Below, one piece after another: positions 21,928 through 31,367 of a stretch of 64,000 nucleotides of DNA. Source of the stretch: Selaginella moellendorffii (taxonomy: Eukaryota; Plantae; Lycopodiophyta). A program made the translations under genes and the position numbers. The notes below the pieces were generated by a model. That model did not search any database. It was not told where the DNA came from and saw only the letters and a list, made by a program, of their open reading frames with translations. Positions within the stretch are counted from its first letter, which is position 1. Every line of letters starts with the position of its first letter. The DNA lies in the NCBI RefSeq assembly GCF_000143415.4, contig NW_003314303.1, positions 1,594,785 to 1,658,784 on the forward strand, read 5' to 3'.

Positions 21928-23970
21928 TCAGCAAGGCATGGTGTGAAGTTTCTGTGGATCAGAGCTCTTGCAACTTTTCAGAACCTCCCGTAAGTCTTGC
22001 ATCCTTTGCTTTTTCATGTCATGCTCCTGGACTTTCCTGTTCTTTATCTCCTTATAGCTTTTAGCCTTACGACCAGTTCCAAAGTAGACAGCCTTCGTCT
22101 TCGTCCTGGGTGTGAATCTCGAGCACACAGGCTCCGGAAGCGCTTGCGGTGGCGTCTCCAGATCGACGAGCAACAGATATGGCGACGGACACCTCGGGTC
22201 CAGCTCAAAAGCGTGCCTTGCCGCCACAGCTCCAAGCTCGACATCGCCATGAAGCTTGCAAACGTTGAGCAGCGTCGTCCAAGTCACAGCATCCGGCAAG
22301 AAAGGCATCGAAGCGACGAGCTCCTCGGCCTGTCCCAGCCTCCCAGCTCGTCCCAGCGCATTGATCAAGCAGCAGTAGTGATCCACGGTCGGCTCCTCGA
22401 AGTGCTGCTCCTGGACTGCGAGAAAGATCTGCCGAGAAGCCTCCAGCAGTCCGGCATGGTTGCACGAATTCAAGAGGCCCACGAAGGTGACGTCGTCCGG
22501 ATCGACCCCGGCCAAGATCATCCTCCGTGAGAGATGGATCGCTTCGTGGTGCTGCTGGCTCGATCGAGCGTAGGCATGGATCAGCGCGTTCCAGGAGGTG
22601 GCATTTGGATTCGGCATCACGGAGAAGGCGCTCTCGGCTCGGACAAGATCGCCCTTTTGAGCGTGGCCGGCGATGATCGCGTTCCAGGCTCGCGAGTTCT
22701 TGACGGGCATATCCTCGAAGAGCTGGGTGGCGCGGTCGAGATCGCCGTTTTGTGCGTAGGCCGCCACCATCGCCGACCAGGCGTAGACGATCCGGCGCGG
22801 GCATTTCTCGAAGATGATCCTGGCCTCGAGCACAAAGCCCGCGATCCCGTAGGCGCGGATGAGCGCCGGCCAGGAGCTATCATCCGGGCGTGGCATCCGA
22901 TCAAACATCCGCCGCGCCTCATCGGGTTGCCGGTTCTCGGCATACGCCTCGATCATCGCGTTCCAGGACACTGTATCCCTCTCGGGCATCCGATCGAAAT
23001 AGATCCTCGCGGAGTTTACTCGCAGAGAGCTCCCATGCGCAGTGATCATCGCTGTCCAGGAGATCACATCCCTCTCCGGCATGCCCACGAAGAGATCTCT
23101 CGCCTCGTCAAGATGCCCGTTTTGGGCAAATGCTTGGAGCATCGCGTTCCAAGACACCACGCTCCTCTCGGGCATGGAAACGAAGAGCTCCTTCGCGCGA
23201 TGCAGCCGTCCGTTGGTAGCGTACGAAGTAACCATGGCCGTCCACGAGACGATGCCCCGGTACGGCATGCGGTGGAAGACCGAGGTGGCGGAGTCGGGTT
23301 GCCCGAGCTGGGCATATCCGGTGACCATGGTATTCCACGTCACCATGTCGCGGCGGCCCATCCCCGCGAAGAGGGAGGCGGCGTGGCCGGCGCGATCGTT
23401 CTGGAAGAGCGCCGAGAGGAGGATGTTGAAGGAGAAGAGATTTGGGAGCTGGATCGCGTGGAAGACAGCGATGGCGTCGTCGATCCTCTCGCATTTGCCG
23501 TAGGCCTCGATGATCGTGTTGGCGAGGAAGGTGCTGTGGTGGAAATCGCTCGCGAGGACGTAATCATGGAGCTCGCGGGTGCGCGCGACATCACGGGAGT
23601 CGCCGCTGGCGCGGATGTGGCGCGCGAGGTCGCCGGGGACGAACTCCGCGCGGTTGAGCTTGCGCGGGCCGGTGAGCGTCTCGCGGCCGTCTGGGGGGTT
23701 GCGGCGGAGGAGCTGGCGGAGCTTCTCAGCGGCGCCCTGGCGGCGGAGGCGGCGCGTTCGGATGCGGCGCTTGATCTGGATCTCTGGGATGGGGCGCTCG
23801 ATCCATTTCTCGCCAAGGAATTGCTGCTCGAAGAGGGACTTGCCGGTTCGCCGCGGCCAGAAGTGGTAGGCGTGGAGGAGATTTCGCTCCTTCCATTTGT
23901 CGCTGATGGGGAACTTGGATCTCTGGACGAACAAACTAACGGTCGCCTTTGGCCCCTTATATCGCGGCAT
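21928..23970 (-). CDS. PLS-class PPR protein with a truncated E domain and a unique basic C-terminal tail; no DYW domain
   Basis: First ATG at 23970 (MPRYKG). Many S-type 31-aa repeats (RDVISWTAMI), HYCCLINALGRAG, PDAVTWTTLL, PSPYLLL. Confidence 0.88.
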   Translation of the reverse strand: MPRYKGPKATVSLFVQRSKFPISDKWKERNLLHAYHFWPRRTGKSLFEQQFLGEKWIERPIPEIQIKRRIRTRRLRRQGAAEKLRQLLRRNPPDGRETLTGPRKLNRAEFVPGDLARHIRASGDSRDVARTRELHDYVLASDFHHSTFLANTIIEAYGKCERIDDAIAVFHAIQLPNLFSFNILLSALFQNDRAGHAASLFAGMGRRDMVTWNTMVTGYAQLGQPDSATSVFHRMPYRGIVSWTAMVTSYATNGRLHRAKELFVSMPERSVVSWNAMLQAFAQNGHLDEARDLFVGMPERDVISWTAMITAHGSSLRVNSARIYFDRMPERDTVSWNAMIEAYAENRQPDEARRMFDRMPRPDDSSWPALIRAYGIAGFVLEARIIFEKCPRRIVYAWSAMVAAYAQNGDLDRATQLFEDMPVKNSRAWNAIIAGHAQKGDLVRAESAFSVMPNPNATSWNALIHAYARSSQQHHEAIHLSRRMILAGVDPDDVTFVGLLNSCNHAGLLEASRQIFLAVQEQHFEEPTVDHYCCLINALGRAGRLGQAEELVASMPFLPDAVTWTTLLNVCKLHGDVELGAVAARHAFELDPRCPSPYLLLVDLETPPQALPEPVCSRFTPRTKTKAVYFGTGRKAKSYKEIKNRKVQEHDMKKQRMQDLREVLKSCKSSDPQKLHTMPC

Positions 23971-24065
23971 TAGGGTTCTTGAAGATCGCGGTTTTCTGGA
24001 AATGTGCGCGTGACGCTTCAAGGAGTCGAAAATCTGCGTGATCGATAAGCGGGAAGATTTGGCGC

Positions 24066-24617
24066 TTGCTTTTCAAGGAGCTGCCGCCCCGGACGATCGA
24101 GCTAGTCGGGAGCCATGACGTAGTGGCTGCTTCGCGGATCATCTCGCGGGCTAATAGCGCTAGCGCGAAGAAGAGGCTCGGCAGCCTCGTAGCTTCTGTG
24201 ATAGAGGCACTACTCGTGGCATTTGCGGAGGACGAGCAGGACAGGAACTGGATCTACTGCGCCGAGGATCTTGACGAGATGAAACAGGTGGCGGCAGAGA
24301 GACAACGATTTGCTCTTCCCGGTGGACGAGTACGATGTTTACGACGCGAGGTACGGCGTTGCGAGAGCTCGGGCAGCGATCGGCGTGCTTGCATGCTGGA
24401 TCGGAGAAGCGCTTCCATCGCGATCGAGGGACGAGAATCTCTGAGAGTGCTCGCGAAGAGCGAAGTTGGAACTTTCCTGCGATGGAAGGGTCTCGACAGC
24501 GGAGATGCGCGCGCTAACCGGCTATCTTCCGCTGTAGTGAGCATCTACCTCGACGCGGAGATCAAAATGCGTGCTCTTAAACTCACTAAACATTTGCCAA
24601 ATCGTGAGATATCTTAA
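24066..24617 (+). pseudogene. ORF remnant of unknown family (EALLVAFAEDEQDRNWIYCAEDLDEMKQV), no ATG
   Basis: The same peptide occurs in all three cassette copies, each with different indels or frameshifts. Confidence 0.4.
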
Positions 24618-24899
24618 CCAGAAGAACTCATGGAAAGTGTCGCAACAACTCCTTCATCAGCTTCATCTGCTAGGTACCTCTTCATTGTCCAAACCATTGG
24701 GGCATGGACTTAAGCTATGATATGAAGATTTCTGTGAAGATTGGAGATAGATTTTGTTTGGCATTTCAATGATCTTAGAGTGTATTTCAGTATTATGAGA
24801 ACCCAGGAGCATAGCATTTTATTCCACCACATATACTTTTGAAAGTAGCACCAGTGTGACCACTGGCAATGGAGCTTGCTACGCTTCACTCTTGGAGGC

Positions 24900-25468
24900 T
24901 TAAACTAGTGCCACCACTTTGAGTACAAGGTCTCCCAGCGGACCGGAAGTATAAAAGGACGGAAGCTGCACAATACAATTCTTGTAGGAATCGCTGACAG
25001 ACAGCTTATTACTGCCAATGTATGGACAATCAAAGTGTATAGTGGCAACTTTGATGCCCTTCGTATAGATGTCAAATCCACCTGTAGTCCCAGATGGAGA
25101 ACCTTGCCTTCCACATGCAGCAAATGGCAGGTTGGGAGAGGTTTCTCCTGCAGCAATGGTTATCCCAGCTGGTGCACTCGCGTCGGCGTTCTAATCTGGG
25201 TACTTGTACCACTTTCCAAATGTTAAGGAGTTTTTCACTTCTAAGGTGTCTTGTCCCAGGTTTGTGATCTTGAAGGATACCCACTGAGGATATCCTCCCA
25301 ACTTGCCATCTGCATTGCAGATATACTGTAAGCCCAGAAATTAAACTTGAGCTACGTACCGGTGACTTGAAAGATAGAAACTGAGTCCTCTTCTCCAGCT
25401 GAAGCAGCAGAAGCTAAGCTCCCAATGGATATGCAAAGCAATGCTAGAAGGAAAGAAGAACTTGACAT
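24900..25468 (-). pseudogene. Aegerolysin-family protein with signal peptide, copy A. Exons 25468-25360 and 25309-24900; one in-frame TAG at 25191-25193.
   Basis: MSSSSFLLALLCISIGSLASA...|DGKLGGYPQWVSFKITN...FGKWY...ACGRQGSPSGTTGGFDI...HFDCPYIGSNK...SGPLG. This matches aegerolysin hallmarks (YAQWV, WGK, CGR..GTTG.FD, WDCPW, SGALG). Confidence 0.85.
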
Positions 25469-25759
25469 GATTTCTTGCAAATTTGGGTTTGGGGCTTGCA
25501 AATTTATACTCACTTTTTAAATGTTTAAAAATGGTTATGCGTAAGCACAAAGTTTTAAAACTTGAACTATTTTTTAAACAGGTTAGTGCCTCCTCGTACT
25601 CAAAAGGTTTAGACTAAAAGTCCAAGGAGTAATGTGTGGCATAATTGTCAGTCCCACGTGAAAGATTGCGACGTATTAACTTTCGAGCACTAGAGTGGGA
25701 ATTTTTATTTAGGAGAAAATTGAAAAGATATATCGTCACCTACAAAACCACCATTTCAG

Positions 25760-26700
25760 CTGAATTGTTCCGTGAAATGGTCGTTGTTTAAGAAATGCAG
25801 TACCAACGGGAGCAAGAGTTCACGGTGAGATCCTCCAATTTTGCAGCAAAACCATGTCGCATGGAAAAGAAATTTACGAATTTGGCAGAGTGACAATTGT
25901 GTAGCAAGCAGTTGCACAATCTATCCATGAATTTGAAAATCCAGATGTTTGGAAGATGTGGGAGCTTGCAAGAAGCATTAGAGAGATCACATGGGATCTG
26001 CAAGGAATCGTTTCTTGTGGAACAACATGATTGCTGTGCAGGATATGCCAAAATGGCTATCCGGAGTGCTATGGGACACAAGAACATTGTAGCCTGGAAC
26101 ACAATGCTCCAGGCATACATTCAGGTCAAAGATACTGAAAAGGAGAGAGAATTTGATGCAATGCCAGATAGTTTAGTCCCGGTGTAAAAGCGAAGCTAAT
26201 CTTTGATTCGATTACATTTTTCCTCGGAATTCAATGATGTCTTTTCGAACGAATTCTCGAGCACGCCTCGTGACGTGGAATTGGTTATCTTCTAAATGCC
26301 AGAGCCGAGAGAGTTGTTTCCTCCATCGTCGGAGCATATCCCGGAGCGGACATACGACCGGAGCGGAGCGGATGTTTGCTGCCATCCCGGGAAGAAAGAT
26401 CTCATCGCCTGGAACACGCTGATCACGCTCAAACGCCACGTTGATGGTGTCTCTGCCGTGATCCTCGCAATACAACAAGGCCGTGATCGTTTGTGAGCGT
26501 TTTTGGTGCTTGCGGCCAGCTTGGGCTGTTCTAGTGGGGATGGAGCTACTTTCGAAACATGGCCAACGATCACCAAGTCCAAGCGTTGGGTGCTGCCTTG
26601 TGGATCTCCGCACTTGATCTGGTCAACTAGCTGCCGAGGATCTCATATCCAGCACGTCCCGGATGAGTCAAGAGGATCCACAATGAGCAGAACTGGCTGC
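25760..26700 (+). pseudogene. Decayed PLS-PPR pseudogene fragments
   Basis: Fragments QMFGRCGSLQEA, NIVAWNTMLQAY and DLIAWNTLI interrupted by stops and frameshifts. Confidence 0.7.
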
Positions 26701-27159
26701 TCACAGTGCGTCCACTCCTTGACACCATCATCTCGTCACCGTATGCTCTCCTTTCCCATATCTAGGTCGCCCGTAGCTCGTCACATGGTCCTCTGTGTCA
26801 ACGTATACCTCAGTAGAAGTAGTTTTTATAATTTTACAAAAACTTATGAGTGATTGGTTCTTTCCTGGAGTTCAGAGATCATCCTCAATGCTGATGCTTC
26901 TTGGAAAAATTAAGATATAAATATCTTTGAAATGTCCAAGGCATCTCTTCTTCACTCTTGTTATCCTCACGAAGGACTTTGCAGCGCCTGGCACCAGTCG
27001 CACTTTGAAAGAGAAATTTGCTGTAGGAGTTATTGTTTTCTTCAAGCTGGAATGAAACCTAAGTTTGCACGTAGATCTAAATGTTCGTAATAATGTATAT
27101 ATGGTATGTCTTTGGAAGGATCTAATTCAGCGGTGGTCCAAGGTGTTGTTACTTTCTCT

Positions 27160-27660
27160 CAATGAGAAAGAAGAAATGCGAAGCGGACGAGGTAACTTTC
27201 GCAACGCTTTCACCCAGTCCAGCGATCTGGAGCGCGCGCTGAACCACCTCCATCGAATGCCGTTTGGTCGTGATCTAGTGTCCCGGACTTTGCTACTGCA
27301 AACGTTTCCCAGGAACGAGGAGGCGATGCCCGGAGCGTCAAGGATGCGTTTTGGAAGACGCCACGACAGTGTCTTGGACTGTGATGCTCGAGGCCTACGC
27401 GCAGAACGGTGACGCGAATATGGTCTCCCATCGAATGCCCAGGAGAGACGTCGTGTGGTGGACGAGCTTCTGTGCTCGAGCCGACTTGGCGAGAGTGGTG
27501 TTGGAGAGAATGCCCGGCTGTGACGCTCTCTCCTGGGGGGCTCTGGCTTACAGCTTCGCTCAATAGGGACTGGTCCCGGGACGTCTTGCCGGAGCTCGAC
27601 TTGGAGAGGTGAGATCGAGCAGACCAAGTATATGTTGAACAGCGATGGATTGCCATGGCC
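27160..27660 (+). pseudogene. Chimeric PPR fragments (a piece of the P-class gene followed by PLS repeats)
   Basis: 27162-27208 copies 20144-20190. It is followed by frameshifted VSWTVMLEAYAQNG-type repeats. Confidence 0.65.
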
Positions 27661-28393
27661 GATCGAGCTAGTCGGGTTCTCGCGTGCTAGCAGCACTAGC
27701 GCGAACAAGAGGCTCGGCGACTCAGAATCCTCGTAGCGCCTGTGAGAGAGGCACTGCTCGTGGCATTTGCGGAGGACGAGCAGGACAGGAACTGGATCTA
27801 CTGCGCCGAGGATCTCGACGAGATGAAACAGGTGGCGGCAGAGAGACAACGATTTGCTCTTCGCGGTGGACGAGTACGATGTTTACGACGTGAGGTACGG
27901 CGTTGCGAGAGCTCGAGCAGGGATCGACGTGCTTGCGTGCTGGATCGGAGATGCGCGAGCTAACCGGCTATCTTGTGAGGATCTACCTCGACGTGTACGT
28001 ACCCATGTTTTGTCATAAAGAAATCGATATCAAAAGCAGAGCCAGATCTTTTGTTGACGGAAGAAATCGTTTGCTGACATATCCAGGAACCTCAGCTTGG
28101 ACCGAAGCACTGGGGAACGAGCTACGAGCAGGCATGGTTGAAGAATTCAGTGGATCGCGGAGATCAAAATGCGCGCTCTTAAACTCACTAAACATTTGAG
28201 ATAGCTTAACCAGAAGAACTCATGGAAAGAGTCGCAACAACTCCTTCATCAGCTTCGTCTGCGAGGTACCTCTTCATTGTCCAAACCAGTGGGGCATGGA
28301 CTTAAGCTGTGATATCAACACCGGACAACGATTTCTGTGAAGATCGGAGATTGGAGATGGATTTTGTTTGGCATTTCAATGATCTTAGAGTGT

Positions 28394-28767
28394 AGAACCT
28401 TGCCTTCCACATGCAGCAAATGGCGGGTTGGGAGAGGTTGCTCCTGCAGCAATGGTTATCCCACCTGGTGCGCTGCCATCATTGTGCTTATTTGGGTACT
28501 TATACCACTTTCCATATGATAAGAAGGAGTTCTTCACTTCTAAGGTGTCTCATCCCAGGTTTGTGATCTTGAAGGATACCCACTGAGGATATCCTCCCAA
28601 CTTGCCATCTGCATTGCAGATATACTGTAAGCCCAGCAATTAAACTTGAGTTACGTACCGGTGACTTGAAAGATAGAAACCGAGTCCTCTTCTCCAGCGG
28701 AAGCAACAGAAACTAACCTCCCAATGGATAGGCAAAGCAATGCTACAAGGAAAGAAGAACTCGACAT
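28394..28767 (-). pseudogene. Aegerolysin copy B (signal-peptide exon intact; TGA at 28550-28552; 3' half deleted after CGRQGS)
   Basis: Same exon and intron structure as copy A. The junction gagtgta|gaacct fuses the CDS to downstream flank sequence. Confidence 0.82.
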
Positions 28768-29379
28768 GATTTCTTGCGAGTTTGGGTTTTGGGTTTGGAA
28801 ATCTATACTCCCGAAGTATCACTTTTTAAACGTTATGGCTATGGCCTGTGTCTCGTGGGATCTAAACTGAAGCACGAAGTTTTATAAAACTGTTTTAAAA
28901 ATGGTTCAAGTAATGCCTCCTCGTGGACCTGCTACTCAAAAGGACGCACATAAGACCAGGACATGGTTTTTTGCCTTATTTTTCTGGTCAAATACCCGTT
29001 TTAAATCATAATCTTGTCATAGTGACCAGTAAAATCAAAATACACTAGTAGAAAAAGACATTTTATGTTTATATACAACAAGTCATATGTATTTTAATAC
29101 ATATTGTATGTTTTATCTCAGGTGGGATCTGATTTTTTCACTCTATAAATATGATTCTAGTGTTTGGGAAATACAACGTAGCTACCAGTTAATTTTATTT
29201 ATTTGTATTCAAATGACAATAGTCAATGTTTTTTTTGGTCAGACTAAAGTCCAAGGAGCAAGGGGACACACCACATGTGGCATAGCGGTCAGTCCCATGT
29301 GAAAGATTGTGACGTATAGCCACGTTTAGCTTTCCAACACTAAAGTATAATCATCAACCTACAAAACCACCATTTCAGC

Positions 29380-30260
29380 TGAATTGTTCCATGAAATGGT
29401 CATTTGAGAAGTGCAGTACCAACAGGAGCAAGAGTTCATGGCGAGATCCTCAGGGATCTGTCCGGTGGAAAAGGGATTTACGAATTTGGCAGAGTGACGA
29501 TTTGCAGCAAGCAGCTATCCATGAATCAGATTTGGGAGCTTGTGGGAGCTTGGGGGAAGATGTGGGAGCTTGCAAGAAGCAAGAGAGAGATCAGCAAGGA
29601 ATCGTTCCTTGTGGAACAACATGATCACTGCGATGCCAAAACGGCTATCAGGAGCGAATGAATTGTTACGGGAGACAAGAACATTGTAGCCTGGAACACA
29701 ATGATCAGGTAAAAGGAGAATGAATTTGATGCGATACCGGATAAGTTTAGTGGACTGCCATTCTTACAGCATATGCCCAGTGTGGGTGTTTGATAAAAGC
29801 GAAGCTAATCTTTGATTCGATGACATTTTTTTCCCGGAATTCAATCAATCACGTGGAATTGGTTATCTTCTAAATGCCAAAGCCGAGAGAGTTGTTTCCT
29901 CCATCGTCTGAGCATATGCCCGGAGCCGGCATACGACTGGAGCCAAGCGGATGTTTGCTGCCATCGCGGAAGAAAGATCCAATTGCCTGGAACACGCTGA
30001 TCACGGCCTTGTCGCATTGCCAGGATGACGGCATCAACGTGGTGTTTGATCCATTCAGCGTTTGTGAGCGTTCTTCGTCCTTGTGGCCAGCTTGGGGTGT
30101 TCTAGTGGGGATGGAGCTTTCAAAACATGGCCGATGATCCTGCCTGGTGGGTCTCTGCGCTCGAACTGGTCAGCTAGCTGCTGGCTGGAGTCACTTGGAT
30201 GGCCGGTGCTTGTTGGCAAAAGAGGATCCACAACGCGTCCACTCCTCGATACCACCATCT
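29380..30260 (+). pseudogene. Decayed PLS-PPR pseudogene fragments (duplicate of 25.8-26.7 kb)
   Basis: Fragments NIVAWNT, WTAILTAYAQCG and IAWNTLITA; collinear with copy A. Confidence 0.7.
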
Positions 30261-30559
30261 CGTCACTTACACAGGCTTCATTCAAGCTGGAATGAAGCCT
30301 GTGTAAGTTTGCACATAGGTCTAGATGTTTGTCATATCTATCTGTGTATGTATGTATGTTTGTGGTGACAGTGGCCCAAAATGATCACCACCACATGAAA
30401 GGTTGTTGTGACTGATGGGCATTCCCATCATTGAGGTATTTCTTTTAAAAAATAAAAATTAAAAATGTATAAGAATCTACAAAAATACCTTTATGAAGTT
30501 TTGTTATTTTAAAAGACCACATTAAATCAAACTACATCAAAACAATCCAAAATCTTGAA

Positions 30560-30960
30560 TTGTTTCTCATATTGCTTTCAAGGATGTTATGTGGATGAAG
30601 TTAAGGGGTTGGTTTACTGAGCATAGTTGTGTGAAGGCACCAAAGCATAAGATGATGTTGAGGATTTAGAAGATATGACTTTTGTGGAAACTGAAGTATG
30701 TAATCATGGTTATTTCCATTGTATCTAACTAGCCAGTTTGGAGGTGTTTAACTACAAGCATGTTTATGTCGTGATCCTCATGGACAGAACTTGCTCTTGT
30801 TTTGGTTTGGAGCAAACTAGCAATCTATGTGCTTATCAACTTCATGTTGACCTAAGCATGTACAATGTTATACTCACCCATGCTGTTTACTCAAGGCATA
30901 TTATGTTTCAGATGCTGGTACTATATATCCAATCAATTTAAAGGGTTGAGCAATACATGA
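30560..30960 (+). mobile_element. Mutator-like transposase remnant (SWIM zinc finger)
   Basis: YVVILMDRTCSCFGLEQTSNLCAY resembles the SWIM motif CxC..C.H, with the His degraded. Confidence 0.45.
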
Positions 30961-31367
30961 TATGTTACAACCAAAAAACTGTTGCCCAAAAAAAAGTGTA
31001 CCTAAGATATTGGACAAGAGAAGCATGTTTTTCATTGTGGAAGATGTTACTAGTTGATTACATAGTGGCAATTTATTTGATTTAGTTTTGAGTTGATTTT
31101 AACAATATTTTTATTGTTTTAAGTTGATTTTAGCTTGTAAAAAAGTATGGAAATTTAAAATTTAATATAATTTTTATTTTTAAATTTTTTGTAAAATTAA
31201 TTGTTTTTTTATAATTCTTTTCCAAAGAAGTTAAATTATTCAAACTGAAGTTCCTCCAGAATTTGAGATGATATCTTTTACTGTTAAAAGATAACATTCT
31301 AAGAGAACAAAAGATAAATTATCTATTTGGCATTAAAACTATAGATTAATTTATAATTAATTCACTA

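Larger units (their letters stand above)
24085..27090. repeat. Segmental cassette copy A (unknown ORF remnant + aegerolysin + PPR pseudogene)
   Basis: Highly similar blocks recur at ~27660-30335 and ~55268-56562. Confidence 0.85.
27660..30335. repeat. Segmental cassette copy B
   Basis: Collinear with copy A, with internal deletions and an insertion. Confidence 0.85.

Noticed and set aside
22534-23973. 479-aa plus-strand ORF and similar shadow ORFs over the NB-ARM and PPR genes
   Set aside because: Antisense shadows of GC-rich coding sequence with no motifs of their own.
24066-30335. MACPF or Cry35-like partner gene next to the aegerolysin
   Set aside because: No MACPF signature or sufficiently long ORF; the neighbours are PPR relics and the unknown ORF.
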